Shown here: one piece after another, positions 18,719 through 27,981 of the stretch | Numbering within the stretch: position 1 is the stretch's first letter | How the letters are laid out: each line of letters opens with the position of its first letter | Assembly (NCBI GenBank): GCA_027037705.1 | Contig: JALVYZ010000238.1 | Coordinates: forward strand, 1 to 35,237 | DNA length: 35,237 bases | Reading direction: 5' to 3' | From: a bacterium | GTDB taxonomy: Bacteria > DYJV01 > JALVYZ01 | Notes under the pieces: generated by a model | The model's input: only the letters and a program-made list of their open reading frames with translations | Databases searched by the model: none | What the model was told of the DNA's origin: nothing | Program-made: the position numbers and the translations under genes

Positions 18719-19681
18719 CTAAATTCTATGTTTTCTAATATTTTCTAAAAAGTATGACATCCCAATCTTTTTCCTTCCGCTAAATATGTCATATATACCT
18801 TTAGGAGAAAATAGAATCATTAAAATTATTATTGTTCCAAAAAATAAAGCATGTGCAACAAGAAAATAATCTGATAAAACTTCAGATATGATTTGAATTG
18901 TTGCAGCTCCAATTAATGGTCCAAATAAACTTCCTATACCACCAAAAACAGCCATAACAATCATTTTCACTGTTACAAGAACATCAAAAACAGGTTCCGG
19001 TTTAATAAAACCTTGTTGATATGCATAAATACTGCCTGCTAACGCTGTAAAAAAACCACTTATTGAAAATGAAATACTTTTAAATAAAGTTGTATTTATC
19101 CCCATAGAGTTTGCAGCATCTTCATCTTCTCTAATTGCAATAAATCCATACCCTAATTTTGTTTTTAAAATAATATAGGTTATAATCAATAAAATTATTA
19201 ATACTCCCAGTGCAACAAAATAGAAAAATTTATATGAAGCATCGATACTTAAGTTAATCATTGGTAAATACATTCCTGAATTCCCTTCAGTAATATCTAA
19301 ATTTTGCACAAGTGCTTTCATAGCTTCAGCAATCCCTAAAGTTGCAATAGCAAAATAATGACCTTTTAATCTAAGTATTGGAAGTCCCATTAAAAAAGCA
19401 AAAATAGCACATATAACACCACTAAAAAACATTGAAATAAAAAAGTTTAAATGCATTAAATCTTCTGACATAAAAATTGCTGTTAAATACGCTCCTAATC
19501 CGAAAAATACAACATTACCAAATGAAGCATATCCTGTATATCCACCAATTATATTCCAAGCACTTGCCATAATTGCGAATATTAAAATATCTGTTGCAAA
19601 TCTAAGTGTATAATTCCCTGTAAGATAAGGTATTATACATGAAATAATGAATAAAATTGCCAAAGCTGTATACTTCTTCAT
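18719..19681 (-). CDS. livM: Branched-chain amino acid-type ABC permease (LivM-like)
   Basis: WNIIGGYTGY.SFG, LRLKGHYFAIATL, AIREDEDAA..MGI, GG.GS..GP. Confidence 0.88.
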   Translation of the reverse strand: MKKYTALAILFIISCIIPYLTGNYTLRFATDILIFAIMASAWNIIGGYTGYASFGNVVFFGLGAYLTAIFMSEDLMHLNFFISMFFSGVICAIFAFLMGLPILRLKGHYFAIATLGIAEAMKALVQNLDITEGNSGMYLPMINLSIDASYKFFYFVALGVLIILLIITYIILKTKLGYGFIAIREDEDAANSMGINTTLFKSISFSISGFFTALAGSIYAYQQGFIKPEPVFDVLVTVKMIVMAVFGGIGSLFGPLIGAATIQIISEVLSDYFLVAHALFFGTIIILMILFSPKGIYDIFSGRKKIGMSYFLENIRKHRI

Positions 19682-19682
19682 A

Positions 19683-20540
19683 TTAACCTTCCTTTCCTAA
19701 AATTCCTTTAGGTTTAAAAATTAAAACAAGGACAAGAATTGTGAAACTTATTAAACTTTCATAAGTTGTTCCAAGCCAGTTAGTTCCAAGAGATTCAACA
19801 ATTCCAAGAGTTAATCCTCCTACAATTGGTCCCATCATTGTCCCAAGACCACCTACTATACAAACGACAAAAGACTTTAAAGTTAAATGACCTCCCATTG
19901 CAGGAGAGATTGGGAAAAGAATTGCCCATAAAGTTCCTGCTGCTGCAGCTAATGCTGTACCAATTCCAAAAGTTATTGCATAAATATGAGAAACATTAAC
20001 ACCATTGAGCCTTGCAGCATCCAAATCTTGTGATGTTGCTCTAATAGCTCTTCCAAGTCTTGTTTTATTTAAAATTATATAAAGGATTAAGGTAATTATT
20101 AAAGCTAATACAAATGCAAACAACCTCACATAAGGAATTGTGGCTCCTAAAAAATTAAAATTTGAAGCTGCATAAGCAACTTTTACTTTTCTAACATCAG
20201 CTGTCCACAAAAGTAATGCTGTATTATTTATAAAAATTTCTATTCCAAATGTTAAAATTAATGTAATAAATATTTCAGCTCTGATAACTAAATTTATAAT
20301 TCCCTTTTGGATAATATAACCTAAAATAAACATTATTAACATTGCAGCTAATAAACTTATAAATGGGTCTATCCCATAAAGGGTGAAAAGCCAATAAGTG
20401 GTATATGCTCCAAGCATAATAAAAGCGCCATGTGCAATATTAATTATATCCATTACTCCCCAAATTAATGACATACCAAGAGCCATCAATGCATATAAAC
20501 CACCTTTTAAAATTCCATTAATTATTATCTGTAAATACAT
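19683..20540 (-). CDS. livH: Branched-chain amino acid-type ABC permease (LivH-like)
   Basis: YALMALGMSLIWGV..IIN.AHG, GRAIRATSQD, GGLG. Confidence 0.9.
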   Translation of the reverse strand: MYLQIIINGILKGGLYALMALGMSLIWGVMDIINIAHGAFIMLGAYTTYWLFTLYGIDPFISLLAAMLIMFILGYIIQKGIINLVIRAEIFITLILTFGIEIFINNTALLLWTADVRKVKVAYAASNFNFLGATIPYVRLFAFVLALIITLILYIILNKTRLGRAIRATSQDLDAARLNGVNVSHIYAITFGIGTALAAAAGTLWAILFPISPAMGGHLTLKSFVVCIVGGLGTMMGPIVGGLTLGIVESLGTNWLGTTYESLISFTILVLVLIFKPKGILGKEG

Positions 20541-20555
20541 TTATAACTCCTCTTT

Positions 20556-20573
20556 AAAATTGTATACAATTTT
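20556..20573. promoter_or_regulatory. Palindromic operator, GntR/FadR-subfamily type, upstream of livH
   Basis: Perfect 18-bp palindrome AAAATTGTATACAATTTT between a minus-strand TTGACA (20608-20613) and the SD GAGGAG (20547-20552). Confidence 0.7.
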
Positions 20574-20621
20574 CATGAAGGCAATTATTAATATTATTAC
20601 TATAATTTGTCAAGAAAAAAA

Positions 20622-21998
20622 TTAAAAAATTGTTAATTCTAATTTTTTTAATATTTTTGGGAATTTGACTGGATAATCTCCATCGAAACATGCATAACAA
20701 TAACAGTTTTTGTCTTCTTTAACAGCCTTTTTTAATCCATCTAAAGAAAGGTAGTACAAAGAATCAGCTGTAATATATTTTCTTATTTCATCTACTGTAT
20801 GACTTGATGCAATTAGTTCTCTTCTTGTAGGAGTATCAATACCATAAAAACAAGGATAATTTGTTGAAGGGGAGCTTATACGCATATGAACTTCCTTGGC
20901 TCCAGCTGCTTTTAACATTTTTACAATTTTTCGTGAAGTTGTACCTCTTACAATTGAATCATCAATTAAGACTATTTTTTTGTTTTTTAAAACATCTTTT
21001 AATGCATTTAATTTTAATTTTACCCCAAAATGTCTAATTGATTGTTTTGGTTCAATAAAAGTTCTTCCAATATAATGATTCCTGATTAGTCCAAGTTCAA
21101 ATGGGATCCCTGATTCTTCAGAATAACCAATTGCAGCTGGAATTCCTGAATCTGGAACAGGTACAACTAAATCAGCATCAACTGGAGATTCTTGAGCTAA
21201 AATTTTACCAAGATTTTTTCTTAAAAGATAAACATTTTTACCAAACACTATACTATCTGGACGAGCAAAATAAATATGTTCAAAAATACAAAAAGAATTT
21301 CTTGGTTTATCTGAAGGGATTCTATCAGAATAAATTCCTTCTCTGTCAATGATTAAAATTTCACCTGGATTTATTTCTCTAATAAATTCTGCTTCAATTA
21401 AATCAAATGCACATGTTTCTGAAGAAACAACATATCCATCTTTTATCTTTCCAAGAACAAGCGGTCTAAAACCATAAGGATCTCTTGCAGCAATTAATTT
21501 ATTTTCTGTTAAAAAAATAAGACTATAAGCTCCTTTAACTTGATAAAGAGCCTCTTTAATTCTCTCTATAATACTATTTGAATTTGATTTTGCAATTAAA
21601 TGAACTATAACTTCTGAATCCATTGTTGATTGGAAAATGCTACCTTCTTTTTCTAATTCTTCCTTTAATGTCTCATAGTTTACAAGATTCCCATTATGAG
21701 CAATTGCAAGGTATCCTCTAAAATAATTAACTAAGAATGGTTGAGCATTTTGTAAAAGACTTGAACCAGTTGTTGAATATCTAACATGTCCAATAGCCAT
21801 ATGCCCTTTTAATTTTTCTAAAATTTCCTTTTTAAAAATATCAACTACATGTCCCATTTGAATATGAGAATAATACTCCTCTCCATCAGAGGAAACAATA
21901 CCTGCACTTTCCTGCCCTCTATGTTGTAAAGCATGTAAACCAAGATATGTTAAATTAGCTGCTTCAGGATGACTAAAAACTCCAAAAATTCCACACAT
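20622..21998 (-). CDS. purF: Amidophosphoribosyltransferase
   Basis: N-terminal [34 protein letters not shown], and Fe-S cysteines (CIFE, PCFYG, CYAC). Confidence 0.98.
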   Translation of the reverse strand: MCGIFGVFSHPEAANLTYLGLHALQHRGQESAGIVSSDGEEYYSHIQMGHVVDIFKKEILEKLKGHMAIGHVRYSTTGSSLLQNAQPFLVNYFRGYLAIAHNGNLVNYETLKEELEKEGSIFQSTMDSEVIVHLIAKSNSNSIIERIKEALYQVKGAYSLIFLTENKLIAARDPYGFRPLVLGKIKDGYVVSSETCAFDLIEAEFIREINPGEILIIDREGIYSDRIPSDKPRNSFCIFEHIYFARPDSIVFGKNVYLLRKNLGKILAQESPVDADLVVPVPDSGIPAAIGYSEESGIPFELGLIRNHYIGRTFIEPKQSIRHFGVKLKLNALKDVLKNKKIVLIDDSIVRGTTSRKIVKMLKAAGAKEVHMRISSPSTNYPCFYGIDTPTRRELIASSHTVDEIRKYITADSLYYLSLDGLKKAVKEDKNCYCYACFDGDYPVKFPKILKKLELTIF

Positions 21999-22007
21999 TA
22001 TTCACTC

Positions 22008-24020
22008 CTATATAACATCATATCTATAGAAAAGCATAGAAAATTCACCTTTACCTTTTGTTAATGTTCTTAAATCTGTTGCATATCCAAATAACCTTGA
22101 AAGATAAGAATAAGCTTTAATTCTTGTTGAAAAATCTTCTTTTACTACATCTATAACCTTAGCACCTCTTGAATTTAAATCTCCAATAACTTCTCCAGTA
22201 CATTCATCTGGTACAATAACTGTAACTTCCATTATTGGTTCTAATTTAATTGGACCTGCTTTTTGATAAGCTTCTTTAAATGCATTTATTGCAGCTACTT
22301 TTAAAGCACCTTTTTCATATTTTCCTGTTTTATCCTCAATTAAATTGATTACAACTTCTGTATCAATTATTTCTGCTCCAATTAATTGTCCAGAGATAAA
22401 ACTTTCATTTATCCCTTCTTTTACAGCCTCTATGGCTTTTTCTGGAATTGTATCTAAATCTAATTCAAATAAAATTTTATTAGAATTATCTTTACCTGTC
22501 CTTGGCAGTGGTTTTACTTTTAAACCTACATGGCCATATAAATTCTCATCTTCAATTTTTATATCATATACATATTCACCTTCAGCTTCTTTAGTAATTG
22601 TTTCTCTATAAACAACCTGTGGTTTTCCTAATTTAATGCGCAAGTTATACTCTCTCAAAAGTCTCTTTGTGATTATTTCAAGATGAAGTTCACCCATCCC
22701 TGAAATAATTAGCTGATTTGTTTCTTCATTGTATGTGTATTTAAAAGATGGATCTTCTTCAGCAATATTTTTTAATGCATTAAAAAGGTCATTTAATTCT
22801 TTTAACGAATATGGTTCTATTGCAAATGAAATTACAGGATTATTTATTTCTATATTTTCAAGATAATATGGGAAGTCTTTTTTATCAGTTAGAGTATCCC
22901 CTGTATTCCCACTTTTTATTAAAATCCCTACTACATCTCCTTCTTTAGCTAACTCAATCTCTTTTCTTTTATTTGCATGAAGCTTATAAATTTTTGAAAT
23001 TTTTTGTCTTTCTCCAGTTGTTAGATTAAAAACATTTTCACCTAATTTTAAATCACCAGAATAGATTCTTGTATAGCAAATTTTTCTATTATTAATTATT
23101 TGTGCTTTAAAAATGTATGCGAGCAATGTATTTTTAGGTTTTTCAAAAAAAAGTTTTTCTCCAGTTTTTCTATCAAAACCTCTAAACTCTATTATTTCAT
23201 CTGATTTTGGTAAAAAATTTATAACTCCGTCAAGTACTGGTTGAACCCCTTTATTTTTTAAAGCACTACCACAATAAACAGGTGCAATTTTTAACTCATA
23301 ACATCCTTTTTTTATTGCATTAATTAACTCTCTATTTTCAATAGGCTCACCTTCGAGATATTTTTCCATTATTTTATCATCAAAATCTGCAGCTGTTTCA
23401 ATTAAATCATTTTTAAAATTTTCTACAATTTCGTGGTAATCTTCTGGTAATTCTTTTTCAATAATTTCTTCTCCATGTTCTCCTTCAAAATATAATGCCC
23501 TCTCTTTTAATATATCTATAACACCTTGAAATTTATCTTCTTTTCCGATTGGATATGTAATAATTACTGGTTTAATATTTAATTTTGATTTTATCTGATT
23601 TAAAACATTTTCAAAATTAGCTCCAATTCTATCAAGTTTATTTATAAACAAAATTCTTGGAATTCTATATCTATTTATCTGCCTCCATACAGTCTCTGTT
23701 TGAGGCTCTACTCCACCTACTCCACAAAGTACAATAATAGCACCATCAAGAGCTCTCATACATCTTTCAACCTCAATTGTAAAATCTACATGACCTGGAG
23801 TATCAATAAGATTTATATTCTGATTTTTCCATTTTAGAGATGTCACTGCAGAGGTGATTGTAATTCCTCTTTCTTTCTCTTCTTCAAGATAATCCATTGT
23901 AGCAGAGCCATCGTGCACTTCACCTATTTTATGAATTACCCCTGTATAATAAAGGATTCTCTCAGTAAGAGTTGTTTTTCCTGCATCAATATGGGCTGCA
24001 ATCCCTATATTTATAAACAT
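22008..24020 (-). CDS. Elongation factor G paralog (EF-G2-like), divergent in domain IV
   Basis: AHIDAGKTT, ERGITI, DTPGHVDF, NKLD, GSALKN, EEDPSF, GMGELHL, LEPIM, LFGYATDLR; located outside the str operon. Confidence 0.9.
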   Translation of the reverse strand: MFINIGIAAHIDAGKTTLTERILYYTGVIHKIGEVHDGSATMDYLEEEKERGITITSAVTSLKWKNQNINLIDTPGHVDFTIEVERCMRALDGAIIVLCGVGGVEPQTETVWRQINRYRIPRILFINKLDRIGANFENVLNQIKSKLNIKPVIITYPIGKEDKFQGVIDILKERALYFEGEHGEEIIEKELPEDYHEIVENFKNDLIETAADFDDKIMEKYLEGEPIENRELINAIKKGCYELKIAPVYCGSALKNKGVQPVLDGVINFLPKSDEIIEFRGFDRKTGEKLFFEKPKNTLLAYIFKAQIINNRKICYTRIYSGDLKLGENVFNLTTGERQKISKIYKLHANKRKEIELAKEGDVVGILIKSGNTGDTLTDKKDFPYYLENIEINNPVISFAIEPYSLKELNDLFNALKNIAEEDPSFKYTYNEETNQLIISGMGELHLEIITKRLLREYNLRIKLGKPQVVYRETITKEAEGEYVYDIKIEDENLYGHVGLKVKPLPRTGKDNSNKILFELDLDTIPEKAIEAVKEGINESFISGQLIGAEIIDTEVVINLIEDKTGKYEKGALKVAAINAFKEAYQKAGPIKLEPIMEVTVIVPDECTGEVIGDLNSRGAKVIDVVKEDFSTRIKAYSYLSRLFGYATDLRTLTKGKGEFSMLFYRYDVI

Positions 24021-25163
24021 TTATTCTACTTCAAAGCCTAATAATGTAATATCGTCATTAATATTATTTTCAGAAAAATTGCTAACTTCTTCAATTATTG
24101 CGTTTTTAGCTTCTTCTAATGATAAATCCTTTGTCTTTTTAATAAGTTCTATTAATCTCTCCTCTTTGAAAAGCTCTCTATTTTTATTTTTTGCTTCAAT
24201 AATTCCATCAGTAAACACAAATATTCTTAAACCTGGTTCTAATAATAATTGTTTTTCAGGATATGTTTCATCTGTACTTGGAAATAATCCAACAGGAAAT
24301 CCTCTCTTTGATTCTAACTCTTTTACTTCTCCACTTTTTTTATTTAGAAGTAAAGGGAAAGGATGCCCACCATTAGCAAAGTTTAAAATTTTATCTTTTT
24401 TATTAATTACTCCATAAAAGACAGTTGCAAATTTTGTTTCTGTTGTTAATGATAAAATATGATTGTTTAAATTATTTAAACTTTTTCCTGGTGAATATAT
24501 TTTTCTTAAACCAACATTTAAAATTGTTTTAATAATTGCCATAAAAACTGTTGAATAAATCCCATGCCCCTCAACATCTGCTACAATAATAGCTACATTA
24601 TCATCATCAAGTGAAATTATATCAAGATAATCCCCTCCAGTTTTATTCATTATATTATAATATGCTGAGAAATTAATATTCTCTATTTTAGGAAATTCTT
24701 CAGGAACAAATGATAACTGTATCTTCCTTACAATTTCTAATTCTTTATTTATTTTATCTAAAGCTTTTTGTAATTCATCAGTTAATATTTTTATCCTTAA
24801 ATGTGTTGCAATTCTTGCAATGACTTCCTGAGAATTAAACGGTTTAGTTATATAATCATCAGCTCCAACTTCAAAACATTTAACTTTATTATCAACATCC
24901 GTAATAGAAGTCACAAGAATAAATTTTACATCCTTTTTCTCATGCTTTTTTACAATCTCACAAAATTCAAATCCATTCATTTCTGGCATCATAAAATCAG
25001 ATAAAATAATATCAGGTTTGAAATTATCTATATCATTTTTAGCCTCAATAGCTGATTCATAACTCTTTACGCTGTATCCTTCTTTTTTTAAAATACTCTC
25101 TAATAACATTCTCATGAATTTTGAATCATCAACAACCATAATTTTACAATCTTTATTTTCCAT
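24021..25163 (-). CDS. Response regulator receiver - PP2C (SpoIIE/RsbU-type) phosphatase
   Basis: REC: VDDS, SDFMMP, TS, KPF. Coiled linker. PP2C: GGDYLD, ADVEGHG, TDGIIEA, DDIT. Confidence 0.92.
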   Translation of the reverse strand: MENKDCKIMVVDDSKFMRMLLESILKKEGYSVKSYESAIEAKNDIDNFKPDIILSDFMMPEMNGFEFCEIVKKHEKKDVKFILVTSITDVDNKVKCFEVGADDYITKPFNSQEVIARIATHLRIKILTDELQKALDKINKELEIVRKIQLSFVPEEFPKIENINFSAYYNIMNKTGGDYLDIISLDDDNVAIIVADVEGHGIYSTVFMAIIKTILNVGLRKIYSPGKSLNNLNNHILSLTTETKFATVFYGVINKKDKILNFANGGHPFPLLLNKKSGEVKELESKRGFPVGLFPSTDETYPEKQLLLEPGLRIFVFTDGIIEAKNKNRELFKEERLIELIKKTKDLSLEEAKNAIIEEVSNFSENNINDDITLLGFEVE

Positions 25164-25164
25164 T

Positions 25165-26187
25165 TTAACTCACAAATACTTTTTTAAATCTTTTATATTC
25201 TTCTAAGGCTCTTCCTGTCCCTTTAACTACATCTGTTAAAGGATCTTCTGTAACAGTAACATATAATCCTGTTTCTTTTGAAATTAATTTATCTAATCCT
25301 TTTAATAAAGCTCCACCACCTGTTAAATATATTCCTTTGTCTAAAATATCAGCTGAAAGTTCAGGTGGAGTGTTTTCTAATGCTCGTTTAATAGCATTAA
25401 CAATTGCTTTAACAGGCTCCTGCAACGCTTCTCTAACTTCTTTATCTGTTAAAACAATACTTTTGGGAATTCCTGAAACTAAATCCCTTCCAGAAACTTC
25501 ATATGTTAACTCTTCATCAAGCTCATAAGCACTACCTATAGCAATTTTTATTTTTTCTGCAGTATTCTCACCTATTATTAAATTATACTTTTGTCTTAAA
25601 TATGACATTATAGACTCATTTGCTTCATCACCAGCAACTCTAACGGACTCACTGTATGTTATTGCACTTAAGCTTATTACTGCTACTTCAGTAGTTCCAC
25701 CACCAATATCAACAACCATATTCCCAGACGGCTCTTCAATATTTAATCCTGCACCTATAGCTGCTGCCATTGGTTCCTCAATTAATAAAACATCTCTTCC
25801 TCCTGCCATTAAACATGAATCTATAACTGCTTTTTTCTCAACCGCAGTAATTCCTGCAGGGATACATACTGCAATTCTTGGTTTAAAAAATTTTCTTTTT
25901 TTTAGAACCTGACCAATAAAATATTGAATCATTGCTTTAGTTACATCAAAGTCTGATATAACCCCATCTTTTAAGGGCCTTATAACCTCAAGGTCTGGGG
26001 GGGTTTTACCCATCATTTCTTTTGCAGCTTTACCTATATAAACAATCTTATTTGTGCTTCTTTCAACAACAACAACAGAAGGTTCATTTAAAAGTATACC
26101 ATCACCTTTCACATAAAAGAGAGTATTTGCAGTACCTAAATCTATTGCTATATCCTTTGATAGAAAACTAAAAATTGAGCCAAACAT
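25165..26187 (-). CDS. mreB: MreB/Mbl-family actin homolog (no adjacent mreC/mreD)
   Basis: N-terminal amphipathic MFGSIFSFL, DLGTANT, EPSVV, RPLKDGVI.DF, EEPMAAAIGAG, DIGGGTTEVA, LTGGGALL. Confidence 0.95.
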   Translation of the reverse strand: MFGSIFSFLSKDIAIDLGTANTLFYVKGDGILLNEPSVVVVERSTNKIVYIGKAAKEMMGKTPPDLEVIRPLKDGVISDFDVTKAMIQYFIGQVLKKRKFFKPRIAVCIPAGITAVEKKAVIDSCLMAGGRDVLLIEEPMAAAIGAGLNIEEPSGNMVVDIGGGTTEVAVISLSAITYSESVRVAGDEANESIMSYLRQKYNLIIGENTAEKIKIAIGSAYELDEELTYEVSGRDLVSGIPKSIVLTDKEVREALQEPVKAIVNAIKRALENTPPELSADILDKGIYLTGGGALLKGLDKLISKETGLYVTVTEDPLTDVVKGTGRALEEYKRFKKVFVS

Positions 26188-26196
26188 TATTTTCTC

Positions 26197-27456
26197 CTAT
26201 AAAAAAAGGTATTTTATAACATCATTTAATGTATTAAATATTATTATTTCAAAATTAACATTTAAGTTACGTTTTTCATTAATCTTTAAATAAGTGTTTT
26301 TCAGATTTTTTTCAATAAAATTTTTAATATCTATTATTTTTTTATTTTCAACTATTAATAATATTATATTAGGGGAAATTTTAACTTTTATAGATTTTAT
26401 CTTAAAAATATTTTCTATGTTTTCTATTAAATTAGAAAATGCTCTAAATATAACTTTTTCTGGAAACTCTTTTAAAAGTTTATAATATGATTTTAATTTT
26501 ATTAAAATAAATCCATTATCAACAAATTTATTTTTATATGTTAAAAAATCCTCAACACTCATTATTGAGCTAACTTTTTTAAAAGCTTCAAATTTAAAAA
26601 CTTCTTCATAAAATTTTAATTCAAAAATCTTTTTAAAAATTTCTAAATTTCTCTCTATTAATTGATTATCGTCTTGTTCTCCATTTATCAAAATAATTGC
26701 TCCCACTAAAACATTCTGGGATGTTATAGGAATTACAGCAAAATTTTTTATTTGATTAAAAATGTTTTTTTCATTTTTATTTATTATAATTGAATTATCA
26801 TTGTAATCCCTTTGAATAAATGAAATTTTATTTATGTTTCTTTTGAAAAGAAAATTTAATTTACTGTCTTTTTCTATCTTTGAAGGGACTATTGATTTAT
26901 TGCTTGAAATAATTATAAATTTATCACCTTCTCTTTTTATAATTATTGCACATTCAAATTTAAAAATACGACATATGTAATTGAGAAAATCTCTGTAGTC
27001 TAATTTTTTTATAAATTCAATATGTTTAATGTTTTCTTTATTTTTATTTAAATACTCAAAAAGATTAATTAAATTATCCAAAAATTTTGCACATAAAAAT
27101 AATATCTTTTGCTGTTTTTCTGTGATTGAATAACTTCTTTTTGAATCTAAATACAAAACTCCTTTATTTCCAACTGGTAAAATAAAGTAAGTTTTTATCT
27201 CTTCATCTCTATCGTATATCTCTAAAATCTTATAAGAAAATTTATCTCTTTTAATATTAATAGGTTTTTTATGCTTTGCTATCCATCCTATAATACTTTC
27301 ATCAACTTTAATTTTTATGTCTTTTTTTAAGGAATTACTTAATGAAAACGAATACTTTAAGTGAAGAGTTTCCCCATCTATTTCAAAAAAACATACAGTA
27401 TAAACATCAACAAAACTCCCTATTATTTCTAAAAAACTTTGAAATATTTTTTCCAT
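26197..27456 (-). CDS. GAF-domain protein (probably GAF-GAF plus degenerate GGDEF-like domain)
   Basis: SIIGWIAKHKKP, F.LPV...GVLYLDSKRSYS.TEK (GAF); second AVIPI....LVGAIIL; C-terminal pattern resembles a GGDEF fold without the signature. Confidence 0.65.
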   Translation of the reverse strand: MEKIFQSFLEIIGSFVDVYTVCFFEIDGETLHLKYSFSLSNSLKKDIKIKVDESIIGWIAKHKKPINIKRDKFSYKILEIYDRDEEIKTYFILPVGNKGVLYLDSKRSYSITEKQQKILFLCAKFLDNLINLFEYLNKNKENIKHIEFIKKLDYRDFLNYICRIFKFECAIIIKREGDKFIIISSNKSIVPSKIEKDSKLNFLFKRNINKISFIQRDYNDNSIIINKNEKNIFNQIKNFAVIPITSQNVLVGAIILINGEQDDNQLIERNLEIFKKIFELKFYEEVFKFEAFKKVSSIMSVEDFLTYKNKFVDNGFILIKLKSYYKLLKEFPEKVIFRAFSNLIENIENIFKIKSIKVKISPNIILLIVENKKIIDIKNFIEKNLKNTYLKINEKRNLNVNFEIIIFNTLNDVIKYLFL

Positions 27457-27980
27457 TATTTAATCTTTTTTAATTTTACATGATATTCTTTAGCAAGAGT
27501 TTTATAGAGCTCTTTTACATAGCTCCATCTTTTTTTATGAAATGATGTTACATCTGAAATAATTTTATAAGGATTGCCTACAACAATTTTATTAGAAGGA
27601 ATTATCTTTGAATTTGGGATAACACATCCTTCTCCAATTATAGTCCACTCTCCAATAACTACATCAAAACTTATTATTGAGCCTAATCCAACAACAGCAT
27701 AATCTTTAATTTCTTTGCAATGTATAGTTGCGCTATGACCTATTGTTACTTCTTTGCCAATGAATATCGTATCATTTGGTCTAATATGAATCATTACATT
27801 TTCTTCTACTGCAGTTCCATCTCCAATTACAATATTACCATAATCTCCTCTTAAAATTGAACCATGGCCTATATAACAGTTATCCCCGATTACTACACCA
27901 CCAATAATAATTGCTGTTTCTGAAATATAAGAATCTATCCCTATCTTTGGAATTTTATGGCCATACTGATATATTGGCAT
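27456..27980 (-). CDS. Gamma-carbonic anhydrase family hexapeptide-repeat protein (PaaY/CaiE/YrdA-like)
   Basis: Left-handed beta-helix repeats, LRGD, EENVMIH, TIGH.A.IH metal ligands, GNP. Confidence 0.88.
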   Translation of the reverse strand: MPIYQYGHKIPKIGIDSYISETAIIIGGVVIGDNCYIGHGSILRGDYGNIVIGDGTAVEENVMIHIRPNDTIFIGKEVTIGHSATIHCKEIKDYAVVGLGSIISFDVVIGEWTIIGEGCVIPNSKIIPSNKIVVGNPYKIISDVTSFHKKRWSYVKELYKTLAKEYHVKLKKIK

Positions 27981-27981
27981 A

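Noticed and set aside
22008-24020. TetM/TetO ribosomal protection protein
   Set aside because: Motifs (RGITITSA, GMGELHL, FGYATDLR) are EF-G-like and there is no mobile context.
25165-26187. MamK (magnetosome) or ParM-type plasmid actin
   Set aside because: The sequence carries typical MreB signatures throughout; there are no mam or plasmid genes nearby.
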